64,000 nt of DNA from an uncultured Bacilli bacterium (GTDB lineage: Bacteria > Bacillota_I > Bacilli_A > RF39 > UBA660). The stretch spans positions 15,876-79,875 of the forward strand of contig CAKOLK010000001.1 of the NCBI GenBank assembly GCA_934096275.1, in the 5' to 3' direction. A program made the translations under genes and the position numbers. Below are positions 17,029-26,487 of the stretch, in pieces; the stretch's first letter is position 1, and each line of letters begins with the position of its first letter. The notes under the pieces were generated by a model, which saw nothing but the letters and a program-made list of their open reading frames with translations, ran no database searches and was not told where the DNA came from.

Positions 17029-17583
17029 CTAAAAACTTATTTTTGGTGCTTCTTTATCAGAATCAGATACTTCAAAGAAAGTAGCTTTAGTAAAGTTAAA
17101 CATTCCCGCGATTATGTTAGATGGAAACATTTGCACTTTATTGTTATAAGTAAGCACTGAATCATTATAAAATTGTCTTGCATAAGATATTTTATCTTCA
17201 GTATCAGACACATCTTGTTGAAGTCCTAAGAAGTTTTGATTAGCTTTAAGTTCTGGATAAGCTTCACTAAGAGCAAGTAATTTATTTAATGCTTGAGTAA
17301 CTTCTCCACTTGCTTTCATTTCATCTTCAGGTGTTTTTGCAGTCATATAAGTATTTCTTGCTTCGATAACTTTTTCTAAAGTTTCACTTTCATGTTTTGC
17401 ATATCCTTTTACTATTTCAACTAAATTAGGTATTAAATCAGCCCTTCTTTTTAATTGAACATCAATTTGTGCCCATTGGTCATCTTTTTTGTTTCTTAAT
17501 GATACTAATCCATTGTAAGTACTAATTACATAAAGAATTAATAAAACTAATACCACAATTATTGCAATAACTATATAATTCAT
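17029..17583 (-). CDS. lemA: LemA family protein
   Basis: N-terminal TM helix plus ..YNGLV.LRN....W.QIDVQLKRRADLIPNLVE.VKGYA.HE, characteristic of LemA. Confidence 0.85.
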   Translation of the reverse strand: MNYIVIAIIVVLVLLILYVISTYNGLVSLRNKKDDQWAQIDVQLKRRADLIPNLVEIVKGYAKHESETLEKVIEARNTYMTAKTPEDEMKASGEVTQALNKLLALSEAYPELKANQNFLGLQQDVSDTEDKISYARQFYNDSVLTYNNKVQMFPSNIIAGMFNFTKATFFEVSDSDKEAPKISF

Positions 17584-17689
17584 ATTATCCCTCCTAGGAT
17601 AATTATATAAGTAAAATATAATTTATTCAACATAAATCTTAAAAAAGTATAAAAAACTTTACATAGTACATAATATAAATGGTGATATT

Positions 17690-17902
17690 ATGGATTTAAG
17701 TATTAGAAAAAATGTAATTGAAAACATTAAAAGTGATAATTATGAGGATATAATTACTACGATTAATGAATCTGTTACCACTGGTGATGAAATTATTTTA
17801 CCAGGACTCGGTGTTATATTAGAGTTGTTTTGGAATGATTTAAAACTTGAAGATAAAGAATATATTGCAAAAATAATCAAAAAAAATATTACGAATAAGT
17901 AA
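17690..17902 (+). CDS. sspI: small acid-soluble spore protein I-like
   Basis: MDLSIRKNVIENI......GDEIILPGLGVILELFW matches my recollection of Bacillus SspI (MDLNLRHAVI...GEEKMLPGLGVLFEVIW). Confidence 0.6.
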   Translation: MDLSIRKNVIENIKSDNYEDIITTINESVTTGDEIILPGLGVILELFWNDLKLEDKEYIAKIIKKNITNK

Positions 17903-17909
17903 TATTTTT

Positions 17910-18707
17910 TTATCTATAATCTTTTATATATGAAGCATAATTTCTAATTTTTTTCATCCCACATCTTGTTACCTGACCTACTGATGCTTTATTTATATTG
18001 TATAGTTTTCCAACTTCTTTATAGTTTTTTGGTACATCATCAAAGAAACCAAATATACTTTTTATATATTTCTTTTCAATATCAGTTAGTTTTTTATCAC
18101 TCAGAATGTCTTCTCTCAGCTTTTTATAACCTAGTTTAGAACATACTATATCTTCAGCACTTATCTCATCAGTAATGCTCTCTTTTCTTTTTATATCTTC
18201 ATCTAAATAGCAAAGATTTTTATCATTATTTAATACATATAATACTATCTCTACCGATAAACCAAGTTCTGCTGCTATGTAACATTTATCAGGCTTGCGT
18301 CCATATATACTTTCATATTGTTCTATATATTTGTTAATTTTATTTAATATTTTATTTTCTCCAGTACTCAGCAAAGAATTATACTGAGCTCTTTCTACCA
18401 AATTTGAAACAGCAGTATTTAAGTAAATCATTAATTTAGACAGTTTCTTAGTATTGGATAAATCAATATTATCTATTAAATCAATTAAATAAATACTAGC
18501 ATCTTGAATTAAGTCCTCAACTGATATATCTAAATCTTTATATCTTAAAACTATTTTTCTTAAGCTATTTAAGTAACTTTCTATAAGTTTATTTCTAGCT
18601 TCATGATCTCCATTTTTACATTTAATAAATAATTCTTTTCTTTCTTTAGGTGATATGTCTTCGATTGTTTTTAAATCTTCTTCATATAATTTTAAGTTTT
18701 CAATCAT
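17910..18707 (-). CDS. divergent sigma-70 family factor (downstream paralog)
   Basis: Region 2-like GDHEARNKLIESYLNSLRKIVLRYKDLDISVEDLIQDA and region 4-like YKEVGKLYNINKASVGQVTRCGMKKIR. The start is set at ATG 18707, 8 nt after AAGGGGA. Confidence 0.65.
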   Translation of the reverse strand: MIENLKLYEEDLKTIEDISPKERKELFIKCKNGDHEARNKLIESYLNSLRKIVLRYKDLDISVEDLIQDASIYLIDLIDNIDLSNTKKLSKLMIYLNTAVSNLVERAQYNSLLSTGENKILNKINKYIEQYESIYGRKPDKCYIAAELGLSVEIVLYVLNNDKNLCYLDEDIKRKESITDEISAEDIVCSKLGYKKLREDILSDKKLTDIEKKYIKSIFGFFDDVPKNYKEVGKLYNINKASVGQVTRCGMKKIRNYASYIKDYR

Positions 18708-18723
18708 AATACTTATCCCCTTT

Positions 18724-19587
18724 CTATTTAAACTCATCAATATTTTTAATTTTTCTAATTTTTTTCATTCCGTTTCTTACCGATACTTCGATTGCAGAAC
18801 CGCTTACATCATATTTTTTTCCAACTTCTCTATAAGTTTTAGCTTCTCCATCAAAGAAACCATACATGCTACTTATATTTCTTTTTTCAGTGTCAGTCAA
18901 TTTGTTATTTGACAATATTAGTTCTTTTAAAGCAATATATTTAAGTCTTGAGCATACTTCTTCTTCTGGATTACTATTATCCGGTATATAGTTACTTTTT
19001 CTATAGATATCTACATTTTCAAAATCATCTTGTTCCATTGTTTCCCAATAATTATCATCAATTAGACCATTTAGTGATATGCAACAGTTTGAAATATTAA
19101 ATAAATAAGTAATTCTTTTTTCAGAAAAGTTAGTATTTTTAGAAATCGTTTCAATATCTGGAAAATTACCATTCTTATTAGCATAACTATAATAAAACTT
19201 ATTTATTATATTAAATTCAATTCTATCTTTTTTAGTAAGTAATGGATTTTTTATTTGTTTATCTAAATACTCTATCATTTTGAATTCTAGACATTTTTGA
19301 GCGTATGTTGATAGTTTACATCCTTTAGATGAATCAAAATTATCTATTATATTGAATAAATATAGACTAAGATCTTGAATTAAATCATCAAGTGAAATAT
19401 TTAAGTTTTTATACTTTGAAACTAGTTTTCTAATTAATCTTAAATTAGACTCAATTAATCTGTTTCTTGCTTTTATATCCCCATTATGATATCTAGTAAA
19501 TAGTTCTTGTTCTTCTTCTTTTGATAATAATTCAATATCTTCGATATCCTCACAATAAAGTTCATAATTATTTAAATCTTTGTCCAT
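18724..19587 (-). CDS. divergent sigma-70 family factor (upstream paralog)
   Basis: GDIKARNRLIESNLRLIRKLVSKYKNLNISLDDLIQD...KLSTYAQKCL (regions 2.1-2.4) and YREVGKKYDVSGSAIEVSVRNGMKKIRK (region 4). Confidence 0.7.
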   Translation of the reverse strand: MDKDLNNYELYCEDIEDIELLSKEEEQELFTRYHNGDIKARNRLIESNLRLIRKLVSKYKNLNISLDDLIQDLSLYLFNIIDNFDSSKGCKLSTYAQKCLEFKMIEYLDKQIKNPLLTKKDRIEFNIINKFYYSYANKNGNFPDIETISKNTNFSEKRITYLFNISNCCISLNGLIDDNYWETMEQDDFENVDIYRKSNYIPDNSNPEEEVCSRLKYIALKELILSNNKLTDTEKRNISSMYGFFDGEAKTYREVGKKYDVSGSAIEVSVRNGMKKIRKIKNIDEFK

Positions 19588-19658
19588 ATTACCAACCCCT
19601 TAAAAGTAGTCTAATTATAGCATAAAGCGAACAAAAAGTCAAGAAAAAAGAACTAAGT

Positions 19659-21017
19659 CTAAAACTTAATTCTATCATTAACATATGAAATAACTTCATC
19701 AATACTCATTTTTACTTGTTCCATTGTATCTCTATCTCTAAGGGTTACAGTACCATTATTTATAGTATCATCATCAATAGTAATTGCATATGGAGTACCA
19801 ATTGCATCACTTCTTCTGTATCTTTTTCCAATTGATCCAGTATCATCATAAGTAGTCATGAACTCTTTTTGTAATCTTTCGTATATTTCGCTTGCTTTAT
19901 CACTATGATATTTTTTCACAAGTGGCAATACACATACTTTATATGGTGCAAGATATGGTGTAAGATGTAGAACTTCTCTTGTATCATTTTCTAATTCTTG
20001 TTCTTCGTATGCTTCGAAAAGAATTGCAAGAATAGTTCTATCAAGTCCATAAGTTGATTCAATTACATATGGTACAAACTTTTCATTTGTTTCAGGGTCA
20101 AGATATTCTTGTTTTACCTTGGAATATTCTTGGTGATTAGACAAATCAAAATTAGTACGATTATGAGTACCATTTATTTCTCCCCATCCAAATGGAAACT
20201 TATATTCTATGTCACATGCTTCTTTGGCATAATGTGCAAGCTTTTCATGATCATGAAATCTTAAATGTTCTTCTTTTAAACCTAAGTCCATATAGAACTT
20301 TTTACCATATTCTTTGAAATAGTTATATATTTCACTATCGGTTCCTTCTTTACAGAAAGTTTGATATTCCATTTGTTCAAACTCAATAGTCCTAAAAGTA
20401 AAGTTACCTGGAGTTATTTCATTTCTGAATGCTTTACCTATTTGACCAATTGAGAATGGTAATTTAGCACGCATACTTCTTTGAACATTTAAGAAGTTTA
20501 CATATTCTCCTTGAGCATTTTCTGGCCTTAGATAAATAACACTTTTTGAATCATTAGTAACACCACGATATGTTTCAAACATAAGATTAAATTGACGTAC
20601 ATCAGTAAAGTTAGTTTTACCGCATTTAGGACAAGGTATTTTGTTATCCCTTATATATTTTATTAAGTCTTCTTCATTTAAAGTATCTCCGATAGATGAA
20701 TCAGTAAAATCATTTACTAAGTTATCTGCTCGAACTCTCATTTTACATTCTTTACAATCAATTAATGGATCTGAGAAACTAGAAACATGACCTGATGCTT
20801 CCCATACTTTTTTATGCATTAATATATCAGCATCAACTTCATAAGCATTTTTTCTTTCTTGAATAAATCTTTTTCTCCATGCATCTTTTACATTGTTTTT
20901 AAGTCTTGAACCAAGTGGACCATAATCCCAAGTATTAGCAAGACCACCATATATTTCACTTCCTTGAAATATAAAACCATAATTTTTACAAAAATTAACC
21001 ATTTTTTCCATTTCCAT
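19659..21017 (-). CDS. glyQS: glycine--tRNA ligase (homodimeric class II type)
   Basis: N-terminal CKNYGFIFQGSEIYGGLANTWDYGPLG, class II motifs, and a T-box leader upstream. Confidence 0.93.
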   Translation of the reverse strand: MEMEKMVNFCKNYGFIFQGSEIYGGLANTWDYGPLGSRLKNNVKDAWRKRFIQERKNAYEVDADILMHKKVWEASGHVSSFSDPLIDCKECKMRVRADNLVNDFTDSSIGDTLNEEDLIKYIRDNKIPCPKCGKTNFTDVRQFNLMFETYRGVTNDSKSVIYLRPENAQGEYVNFLNVQRSMRAKLPFSIGQIGKAFRNEITPGNFTFRTIEFEQMEYQTFCKEGTDSEIYNYFKEYGKKFYMDLGLKEEHLRFHDHEKLAHYAKEACDIEYKFPFGWGEINGTHNRTNFDLSNHQEYSKVKQEYLDPETNEKFVPYVIESTYGLDRTILAILFEAYEEQELENDTREVLHLTPYLAPYKVCVLPLVKKYHSDKASEIYERLQKEFMTTYDDTGSIGKRYRRSDAIGTPYAITIDDDTINNGTVTLRDRDTMEQVKMSIDEVISYVNDRIKF

Positions 21018-21039
21018 AATATTTTCCTCCCTTGTAATA

Positions 21040-21164
21040 AAAAAACTTAAAAAACATGTAAAGACGAATTAGATCCGCGGTTCCACTTTACTTATTCTTT
21101 AAGAATCTCTTTTATAACAGTGCTAAAGGTTTCCAAGCCTTATTTTCGCATCAATAAATAATAC
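21040..21164 (-). promoter_or_regulatory. T-box riboswitch leader of glyQS
   Basis: The minus strand carries AAAGTGGAACCGCGG (T-box core) embedded in terminator GTAAAG...CTTTAC+AUGUUUUUU. A GGC triplet is present in the upstream stem. Promoter is TTTACA-16-TGgTACAAT. Confidence 0.7.
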
Positions 21165-21229
21165 ATTTATATTGTACCACAAAAAATATATTTGTAAATA
21201 CTATTTTTTTGAAAAATCGAACTTTAGTG

Positions 21230-21258
21230 TTTACAAACGATTATTTGTAATGTATAAT
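21230..21258 (+). promoter_or_regulatory. lexA promoter
   Basis: TTTACA (21230-21235), 17 nt, extended -10 TGTATAAT (21251-21258). AGGAGG precedes the ATG at 21284. Confidence 0.5.
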
Positions 21259-21283
21259 AAAAATATAAAAAAGGAGGAATATT

Positions 21284-21901
21284 ATGGAACAATTAACTAA
21301 AAAACAAGAAGCAGTATTAACAGCATTAAAAAAATATATGGCAAGAAAAGGTTATCCGCCTACTGTAAGAGATTTATGTGAAGCGACTGGTCTTAGTAGT
21401 ACTGCAACTGTTCAAGTGCATTTAGATAATTTACAAAGTAAGGGTTATATTAATAAGGATAATAGAAAGAATAGAACTATTGAAATACTTGTACCTAATG
21501 AATATGACAAGAAGAATGAATCTATTATTTCAGTACCACTTTTAGGAAAAGCATCATGTGGTAACCCTATCGAAGCAATTGAACAACCAAATGAGTATTT
21601 TGATTTACCTGTTACTATGATTAATGGTAAAAGCGAAGTGTTTACTTTAAAGACAAGTGGAGATTCAATGATTAATGTTGGTATTTATGATGGAGATATC
21701 ATTGTTGTAGAAAAAAGAAATGATGCTAAAAATGGTGATACAGTAGTAGCTCTTACTGATGATAATGAAGTAACTGTAAAAACTTTCTACAAAGAAACTG
21801 ACCATTTTAGATTACTACCTGAAAATGATTATATGGAACCTATTATATTAGATAGTGTTACTATTCTTGGTAAAGTAATTGGACTATATAGAAAATTCTA
21901 G
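21284..21901 (+). CDS. lexA: LexA repressor
   Basis: N-terminal winged HTH (LT.KQ..VL..L..Y....GYPPTVRDLCEA.GL.STATV..HL..L..KGYI) and an S24 peptidase domain (GDSM...GI.DGD..VV). Confidence 0.93.
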   Translation: MEQLTKKQEAVLTALKKYMARKGYPPTVRDLCEATGLSSTATVQVHLDNLQSKGYINKDNRKNRTIEILVPNEYDKKNESIISVPLLGKASCGNPIEAIEQPNEYFDLPVTMINGKSEVFTLKTSGDSMINVGIYDGDIIVVEKRNDAKNGDTVVALTDDNEVTVKTFYKETDHFRLLPENDYMEPIILDSVTILGKVIGLYRKF

Positions 21902-21906
21902 TACTT

Positions 21907-21929
21907 AAAAAGAGGCCTAGCCTCTTTTT
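21907..21929. terminator. bidirectional hairpin terminator between lexA and the MATE gene
   Basis: AGAGGC-cta-GCCTCT flanked by an A-run and a T-run. Confidence 0.6.
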
Positions 21930-23899
21930 GTTATGGAATTGATTATTATTTGTACAGTTTTTTCTATAGTAAAGAAATCAACATTAATTGCCAAGTCATA
22001 ATTTTCTAAATCATTCCATTTTTTATCAGTATAATACTTACAATATTTTGCTCTTTCTTTGTTTATTTTTTCTATTTGTTTCGATGCATTATCTTTACTA
22101 ATACCATAATATTTTACTACTCTATTTATCTTTGAGTTTAAATCACTATATAAAAATATATTTGTTGTATTAATATCAGTGTCTTTTAAAATATAATTTG
22201 CGCATCTTCCAACAATTACGCATGATTCTTTACTTGCTATATCTTTGATTACTTTTGACTCTGCTAAGAAAAGTTCATCATCGTTTTGATAACCAATTCC
22301 ATTTTTCTTTTCTTCGTTTTTAATTATATAGTCATTACTAAATCCAAGCTCTTTTGCAGTTAAATTGATTATTTCTTTATCATAAAAATTAATATTTAAT
22401 TGTTGTGCTAATAACTTGGCAACATATCTTCCACCAGATCCATATTCTCTTGCTATAGTTATTACTATCTTATTGTTTTTGTTATGTTTATTATTATATT
22501 CATCTATTATCACTTCAGTGTTATTCATGTTAGTTAAAACTTTTTTAATAAATATAATTGTAATAATTAGAGTTATAATATCTACGATTATTGGTGAATA
22601 TAAGATTGTTACAGCAGACTTACTATATATTCCTATTATTAGTATTGTTGGTACAAATATTATAACATCTCTTGCTATAGATATCACCATTGCTTTTAAG
22701 GATTCTCCGATTGATTGAAAGAATATAGTTGTAGCCTTTACAATGCATGTAATCATAATAGTAGATAAATAAAGTTTCATACAATAATGAGCATATTTTA
22801 TATAAATATCACTATTTCCTTTTCCGAAAATATTTATTATAAGATCTGGTATAAACTCAAATATTAAAGTAGCAATTAAACCTATTATACCGCATGAAAT
22901 TATTATTTTTTTATATGTTTCTTTTACTCTTTCTATATTTCCTGCACCATAATTGTATCCAACTATTGGTTGACCACCGAGTGCTATACCAATACATATT
23001 GATATAACAATACCAAATACTTTCATGGTTATTCCTATTACCGCTAAAGGTATATCTACTCCATATATTGGATCATTAATATAGTTAATTAAGTTATTAC
23101 AAACAGTAATAATTATAACTATTGCTAGTTGTGTAATAAATGATGAGATACCCAAAGAACTTATTTTCTTTATAATATTTAAATCAAGCTTTATAGAATC
23201 TTTATTTATTTTGAAAGTTTTACCCTTAAAAAGATAAATAATAGTTAATAAAAATGTAAAGTATTGACCAATTATTGTTGCTATTGCTGCTCCTCTTATA
23301 CCCATATCAAGTGTAAAGATAAAGATTGGATCAAGTATAATATTTATAATAGCGCCAAGTGTTGTTGCAAGCATAGCATATTTTGGACTTTTATCTGCTC
23401 TTATTATTGAATTAAAACCTTGACCAAACATATAAGCAGGTATTCCTAATAATATAATATTATAATAATCTAATGCATATTTATAGTTACCAGTAGTAGC
23501 ACCAAATAGATGTAATATATTATCTTTAAATAAGAATGCAATTATAAATATTATTATAATGCTTATAATTTGAATTATTAAGCTATTTCCAATTGCCTTA
23601 TTAGCACTTTTTTCATCTTTTTTACCACTATAAAGACTAAATAATGCAGAAGTACCATCTCCGATTAATAAACATATTGCAAGGGCAATTAAAGTAAATG
23701 GAAAAACAACATTAGTTGCTCCATTACATAAAATACTTAATGCTTGACCAGTATTATCTACTCCACTTATATGACCAATGTATATTTGATCCACTATATT
23801 ATAAAGTGAAGCAACAAGCATTGAGATAACACATGGTATAGAAAACTTTAATAATAATTTATTTATGCTTTCAATTCCTAAATCTAATTGTTTGTTCAT
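21917..23899 (-). CDS. MATE-family efflux transporter fused to a C-terminal cytidylate-kinase-like (P-loop) domain
   Basis: About 450 aa of 12-TM MATE-like sequence, then IVITIAREYGSGGRYVAKLLAQQLNINFYDKEII... typical of the cytidylate kinase-like family. The start is at the ATG 6 nt after AGGAGGG (MNKQLD...). Confidence 0.7.
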   Translation of the reverse strand: MNKQLDLGIESINKLLLKFSIPCVISMLVASLYNIVDQIYIGHISGVDNTGQALSILCNGATNVVFPFTLIALAICLLIGDGTSALFSLYSGKKDEKSANKAIGNSLIIQIISIIIIFIIAFLFKDNILHLFGATTGNYKYALDYYNIILLGIPAYMFGQGFNSIIRADKSPKYAMLATTLGAIINIILDPIFIFTLDMGIRGAAIATIIGQYFTFLLTIIYLFKGKTFKINKDSIKLDLNIIKKISSLGISSFITQLAIVIIITVCNNLINYINDPIYGVDIPLAVIGITMKVFGIVISICIGIALGGQPIVGYNYGAGNIERVKETYKKIIISCGIIGLIATLIFEFIPDLIINIFGKGNSDIYIKYAHYCMKLYLSTIMITCIVKATTIFFQSIGESLKAMVISIARDVIIFVPTILIIGIYSKSAVTILYSPIIVDIITLIITIIFIKKVLTNMNNTEVIIDEYNNKHNKNNKIVITIAREYGSGGRYVAKLLAQQLNINFYDKEIINLTAKELGFSNDYIIKNEEKKNGIGYQNDDELFLAESKVIKDIASKESCVIVGRCANYILKDTDINTTNIFLYSDLNSKINRVVKYYGISKDNASKQIEKINKERAKYCKYYTDKKWNDLENYDLAINVDFFTIEKTVQIIINSITKRG

Positions 23900-24110
23900 T
23901 GTATCCCTCCTAAATAAAAAACGTGAACCCAATGTCTGGATTTACGTTTCAAACAACACGACTAGATAATTATAACACTTTATTTTTCTTTTTGTAAGAA
24001 AAAATTTTACCATTTCACAAAAAAGTTTTATCACTTTACACTTACAAAACAAAATATTGTTACTAATTGCTATTATGTTATAAGTTTGATATATTAATAT
24101 TGGTGATAAT

Positions 24111-24764
24111 ATGAATTTATACGATAATTTAAATAACAACAACAATAATAGTAATAATAACAATAATCAAAACGGGTTTGATATTTATAAACAAAATAAT
24201 TATAATAATCAATATAATAACCAACAATTCTATCAAGTATATAATGATAGTTTTAAAAATACTAAGTATAAAAAAAGACCTAGTGCAGGAATGGTAGTAC
24301 TTATTGTTATACTTTGCTGTGTAGGAATTGGGCTTGTTCAAGGACTTCTTTCACTTAAGCCAACTTTAGATATGGTAAATACTGCTAAAGTTGGAAGATT
24401 TCAAGATAAAGCATCTGATCTTGTTACTACTGCTAGATCATATATTGTTTCTAATAACATACAAGAAAGTGGAAACTTTGTATTTACGATTGGTAATAAA
24501 AATGCTACTTGGTATCCAAAAAATGGTTCATCAAAAACAATAACATTGTATGAAGATTTAATAGAAAGTCCATTTGGTAATAAGTATAAAACTGCTTTTG
24601 TAAAAGTAGAATATAATCACTCTACTTATTATGCAGAATACTACTTATACTTAAGTGATGGAAAATATTGCTTTAATGGTATAAAGGATGATAAATTAAA
24701 TAAGGAAGAAAGTTTATCTAAAGATTGCAAAAACTTTATATCTAACCCATCAACTGGGTATTAA
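24111..24764 (+). CDS. membrane-anchored protein with an Asn/Gln-rich N-terminus, hypothetical
   Basis: Low-complexity N-rich head, one TM helix (GMVVLIVILCCVGIGLVQGLL), then a ~130-aa extracytoplasmic domain. Confidence 0.55.
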   Translation: MNLYDNLNNNNNNSNNNNNQNGFDIYKQNNYNNQYNNQQFYQVYNDSFKNTKYKKRPSAGMVVLIVILCCVGIGLVQGLLSLKPTLDMVNTAKVGRFQDKASDLVTTARSYIVSNNIQESGNFVFTIGNKNATWYPKNGSSKTITLYEDLIESPFGNKYKTAFVKVEYNHSTYYAEYYLYLSDGKYCFNGIKDDKLNKEESLSKDCKNFISNPSTGY

Positions 24765-24776
24765 AAATAAAATAAA

Positions 24777-24797
24777 AAGGACTTCGGTCCTTATTTT
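24777..24797. terminator. bidirectional terminator
   Basis: AAGGAC-TTCG-GTCCTT with an A-run and T-run either side. Confidence 0.6.
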
Positions 24798-25039
24798 GTT
24801 ACAACACTTTTAATATCTTGAAGTTCAAACCTATATTGTTGCTTTACTTCAGGATATTTTTCTTTATCAACTTCACTAAAAAACATATCAAATGGTCTAA
24901 TATATAGTTCATTATTTCCATATAAACCACGATATACTACATATTTTTCTTTTGTTTCACTATGTATTGCTATATCTATTAATAAATAATAATCCCCTTT
25001 AAAATGTCTATAAACACCATTAATTTTTAATCTATCCAT
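24791..25039 (-). CDS. DUF1653 domain protein
   Basis: YRHFKGDYYLLIDIAIHSETKEKYVVYRGLYG...IRPFDMF matches my recollection of the DUF1653 signature. Confidence 0.65.
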   Translation of the reverse strand: MDRLKINGVYRHFKGDYYLLIDIAIHSETKEKYVVYRGLYGNNELYIRPFDMFFSEVDKEKYPEVKQQYRFELQDIKSVVTK

Positions 25040-25215
25040 AATTCCTCCTTAATACTTTATAAGTTAATTATAGCATAAATAAAAACAAAAAAATAGATAT
25101 TTCTATCTATTAATATATTTTATAAATGTTTTACTTGCGAAAGTCAAACAAACAGATTTATTAGTAGCCAAATATATATCTATATTTGGTGTGTTTTTAT
25201 TAATTTCTTTTGATT

Positions 25216-25839
25216 TTATAATTTTCTATACTCATCTTCTGCCATATCAGCATCACATCTTAAGAAACAAGCTGCTTGTCTATAATCATCATAGCATTTG
25301 CCTGTTTTTTCTTCTAATTCATCTGCTTTTGCTTCTAACTTTTCTCCTTTTTCAAATAAATATAATGCTCTCAATGATTTAAATCCTCGCATATTTCTAT
25401 TTAATCTCATAGCATCTTCTAAATATTCTTTAATATATTCTGGTCTATCAGTTTCTTCTATTTGATAATCTTTTGCCTTTAGTTCAGGAACTTTTACACC
25501 TAATAATATTTCAAACCATGTTGCAACAATATGCCTATGACAAAATTCAGTATTAGGTTCATAACAAAGTAGAACAGAATAGTCAAGGTCTCTAAATACT
25601 TTTTCAGGATCTAGTTTTGATAAAACTTGATTCCAATATTCCTGTACATAATATCTATTATTTTCTTCTTCAGAAATTTTACCAATATTATTATGCCATA
25701 CTTTCCAAAAAGATAATTTCGGTGCTAATTCTGGATAACATTTCCCTTGATAATTAGCATCTTTTCCACGATTACCAGAGATAGAATAGGTTCTATATTT
25801 ATCTGACTGCCAATCATTATGACTGCTTGTACTAATCAT
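25216..25839 (-). CDS. DUF488-like protein
   Basis: ...LAPKLSFW......Y..EYWNQVLSKLDPEKV...L...VLLCYE....FCHRHIVA.WF pattern. Confidence 0.55.
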   Translation of the reverse strand: MISTSSHNDWQSDKYRTYSISGNRGKDANYQGKCYPELAPKLSFWKVWHNNIGKISEEENNRYYVQEYWNQVLSKLDPEKVFRDLDYSVLLCYEPNTEFCHRHIVATWFEILLGVKVPELKAKDYQIEETDRPEYIKEYLEDAMRLNRNMRGFKSLRALYLFEKGEKLEAKADELEEKTGKCYDDYRQAACFLRCDADMAEDEYRKL

Positions 25840-25969
25840 ATTTTTTCTCCTCCTAATAAATATTCACCTTTTTATCTCTTTACCTGTCAAATATTATAAC
25901 ATATTTTTACAGTGTTTTTAATACATTTTTACTTAAAAGTCACATCCCTGATTATGGTATAAATAGTAT

Positions 25970-26242
25970 TTAGATAGTTTTTAAATAATCTTCTAATTCA
26001 GATAATTTGATTTTATTAGATAAATTTTCAATAAAGACTTCGTTAGAATAATTAAATATTAAAAAAGTTTTATTTTTTATAATAATTCTATTTGGCTCAA
26101 TATAAGTTAAATTAATTCTATCTATCTTCCTTATATTTCCATTAATAATTGTCGGTGTTGTTTTAGCAAACTCACATATCAGTTCTAATTTCTTTCTTAA
26201 TGATTCTTCAATAGGCAATTCTTCTTTAATAATATTTACCAT
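25970..26242 (-). CDS. hypothetical protein (~90 aa)
   Basis: The start is set at the ATG after AAAGGATGG (MVNIIKEEL...). Confidence 0.4.
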   Translation of the reverse strand: MVNIIKEELPIEESLRKKLELICEFAKTTPTIINGNIRKIDRINLTYIEPNRIIIKNKTFLIFNYSNEVFIENLSNKIKLSELEDYLKTI

Positions 26243-26352
26243 AATACCATCCTTTCTTTTAGGATAGTTTTTAATAACAAAAAAACTAATCCGTATCACG
26301 AATTAGTTATTTATCAAACTCGAAACTATAAAAGTTCAAGTATATTTACTTA

Positions 26353-26429
26353 TGGTAGCGACGGAGGGGATCGAACCCCCGACCTTCCGGGTATGAACCG
26401 GACGCTCTAGCCAGCTGAGCTACATCGCC
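26353..26429 (-). tRNA. tRNA-Met (anticodon CAT), elongator-like; tRNA-Ile2 (lysidine) not excluded
   Basis: Reverse complement GGCGATGTAGCTCAGCTGGCTAGAGCGTCCGGTTCATACCCGGAAGGTCGGGGGTTCGATCCCCTCCGTCGCTACCA. It folds as a cloverleaf (D stem GCTC/GAGC, anticodon stem TCCGG/CCGGA, T loop TTCGATC) with an encoded CCA. It lacks the three G:C pairs of initiator tRNA. Confidence 0.9.
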
Positions 26430-26487
26430 ATGAAAAGTAAGCAATATAAATATAGCATATTTTTTTTACTTTTTCAATATCTTTTTG

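Noticed and set aside
21218-21234. Candidate LexA (SOS/Cheo) box CGAACTTTAGTGTTTAC overlapping the lexA -35.
   Set aside because: Only the GAAC half-site matches GAAC-N4-GTTC; the second half is GTGT. The operator consensus for this clade is unknown to me, so it is too weak to annotate.
23942-24341. ORFs 23942-24163 (minus) and 24129-24341 (minus) with poly-Leu/Ile runs.
   Set aside because: They are reverse-complement readings of the promoter region and the Asn-codon repeat of the 24111-24764 gene, so they are low-complexity artefacts.
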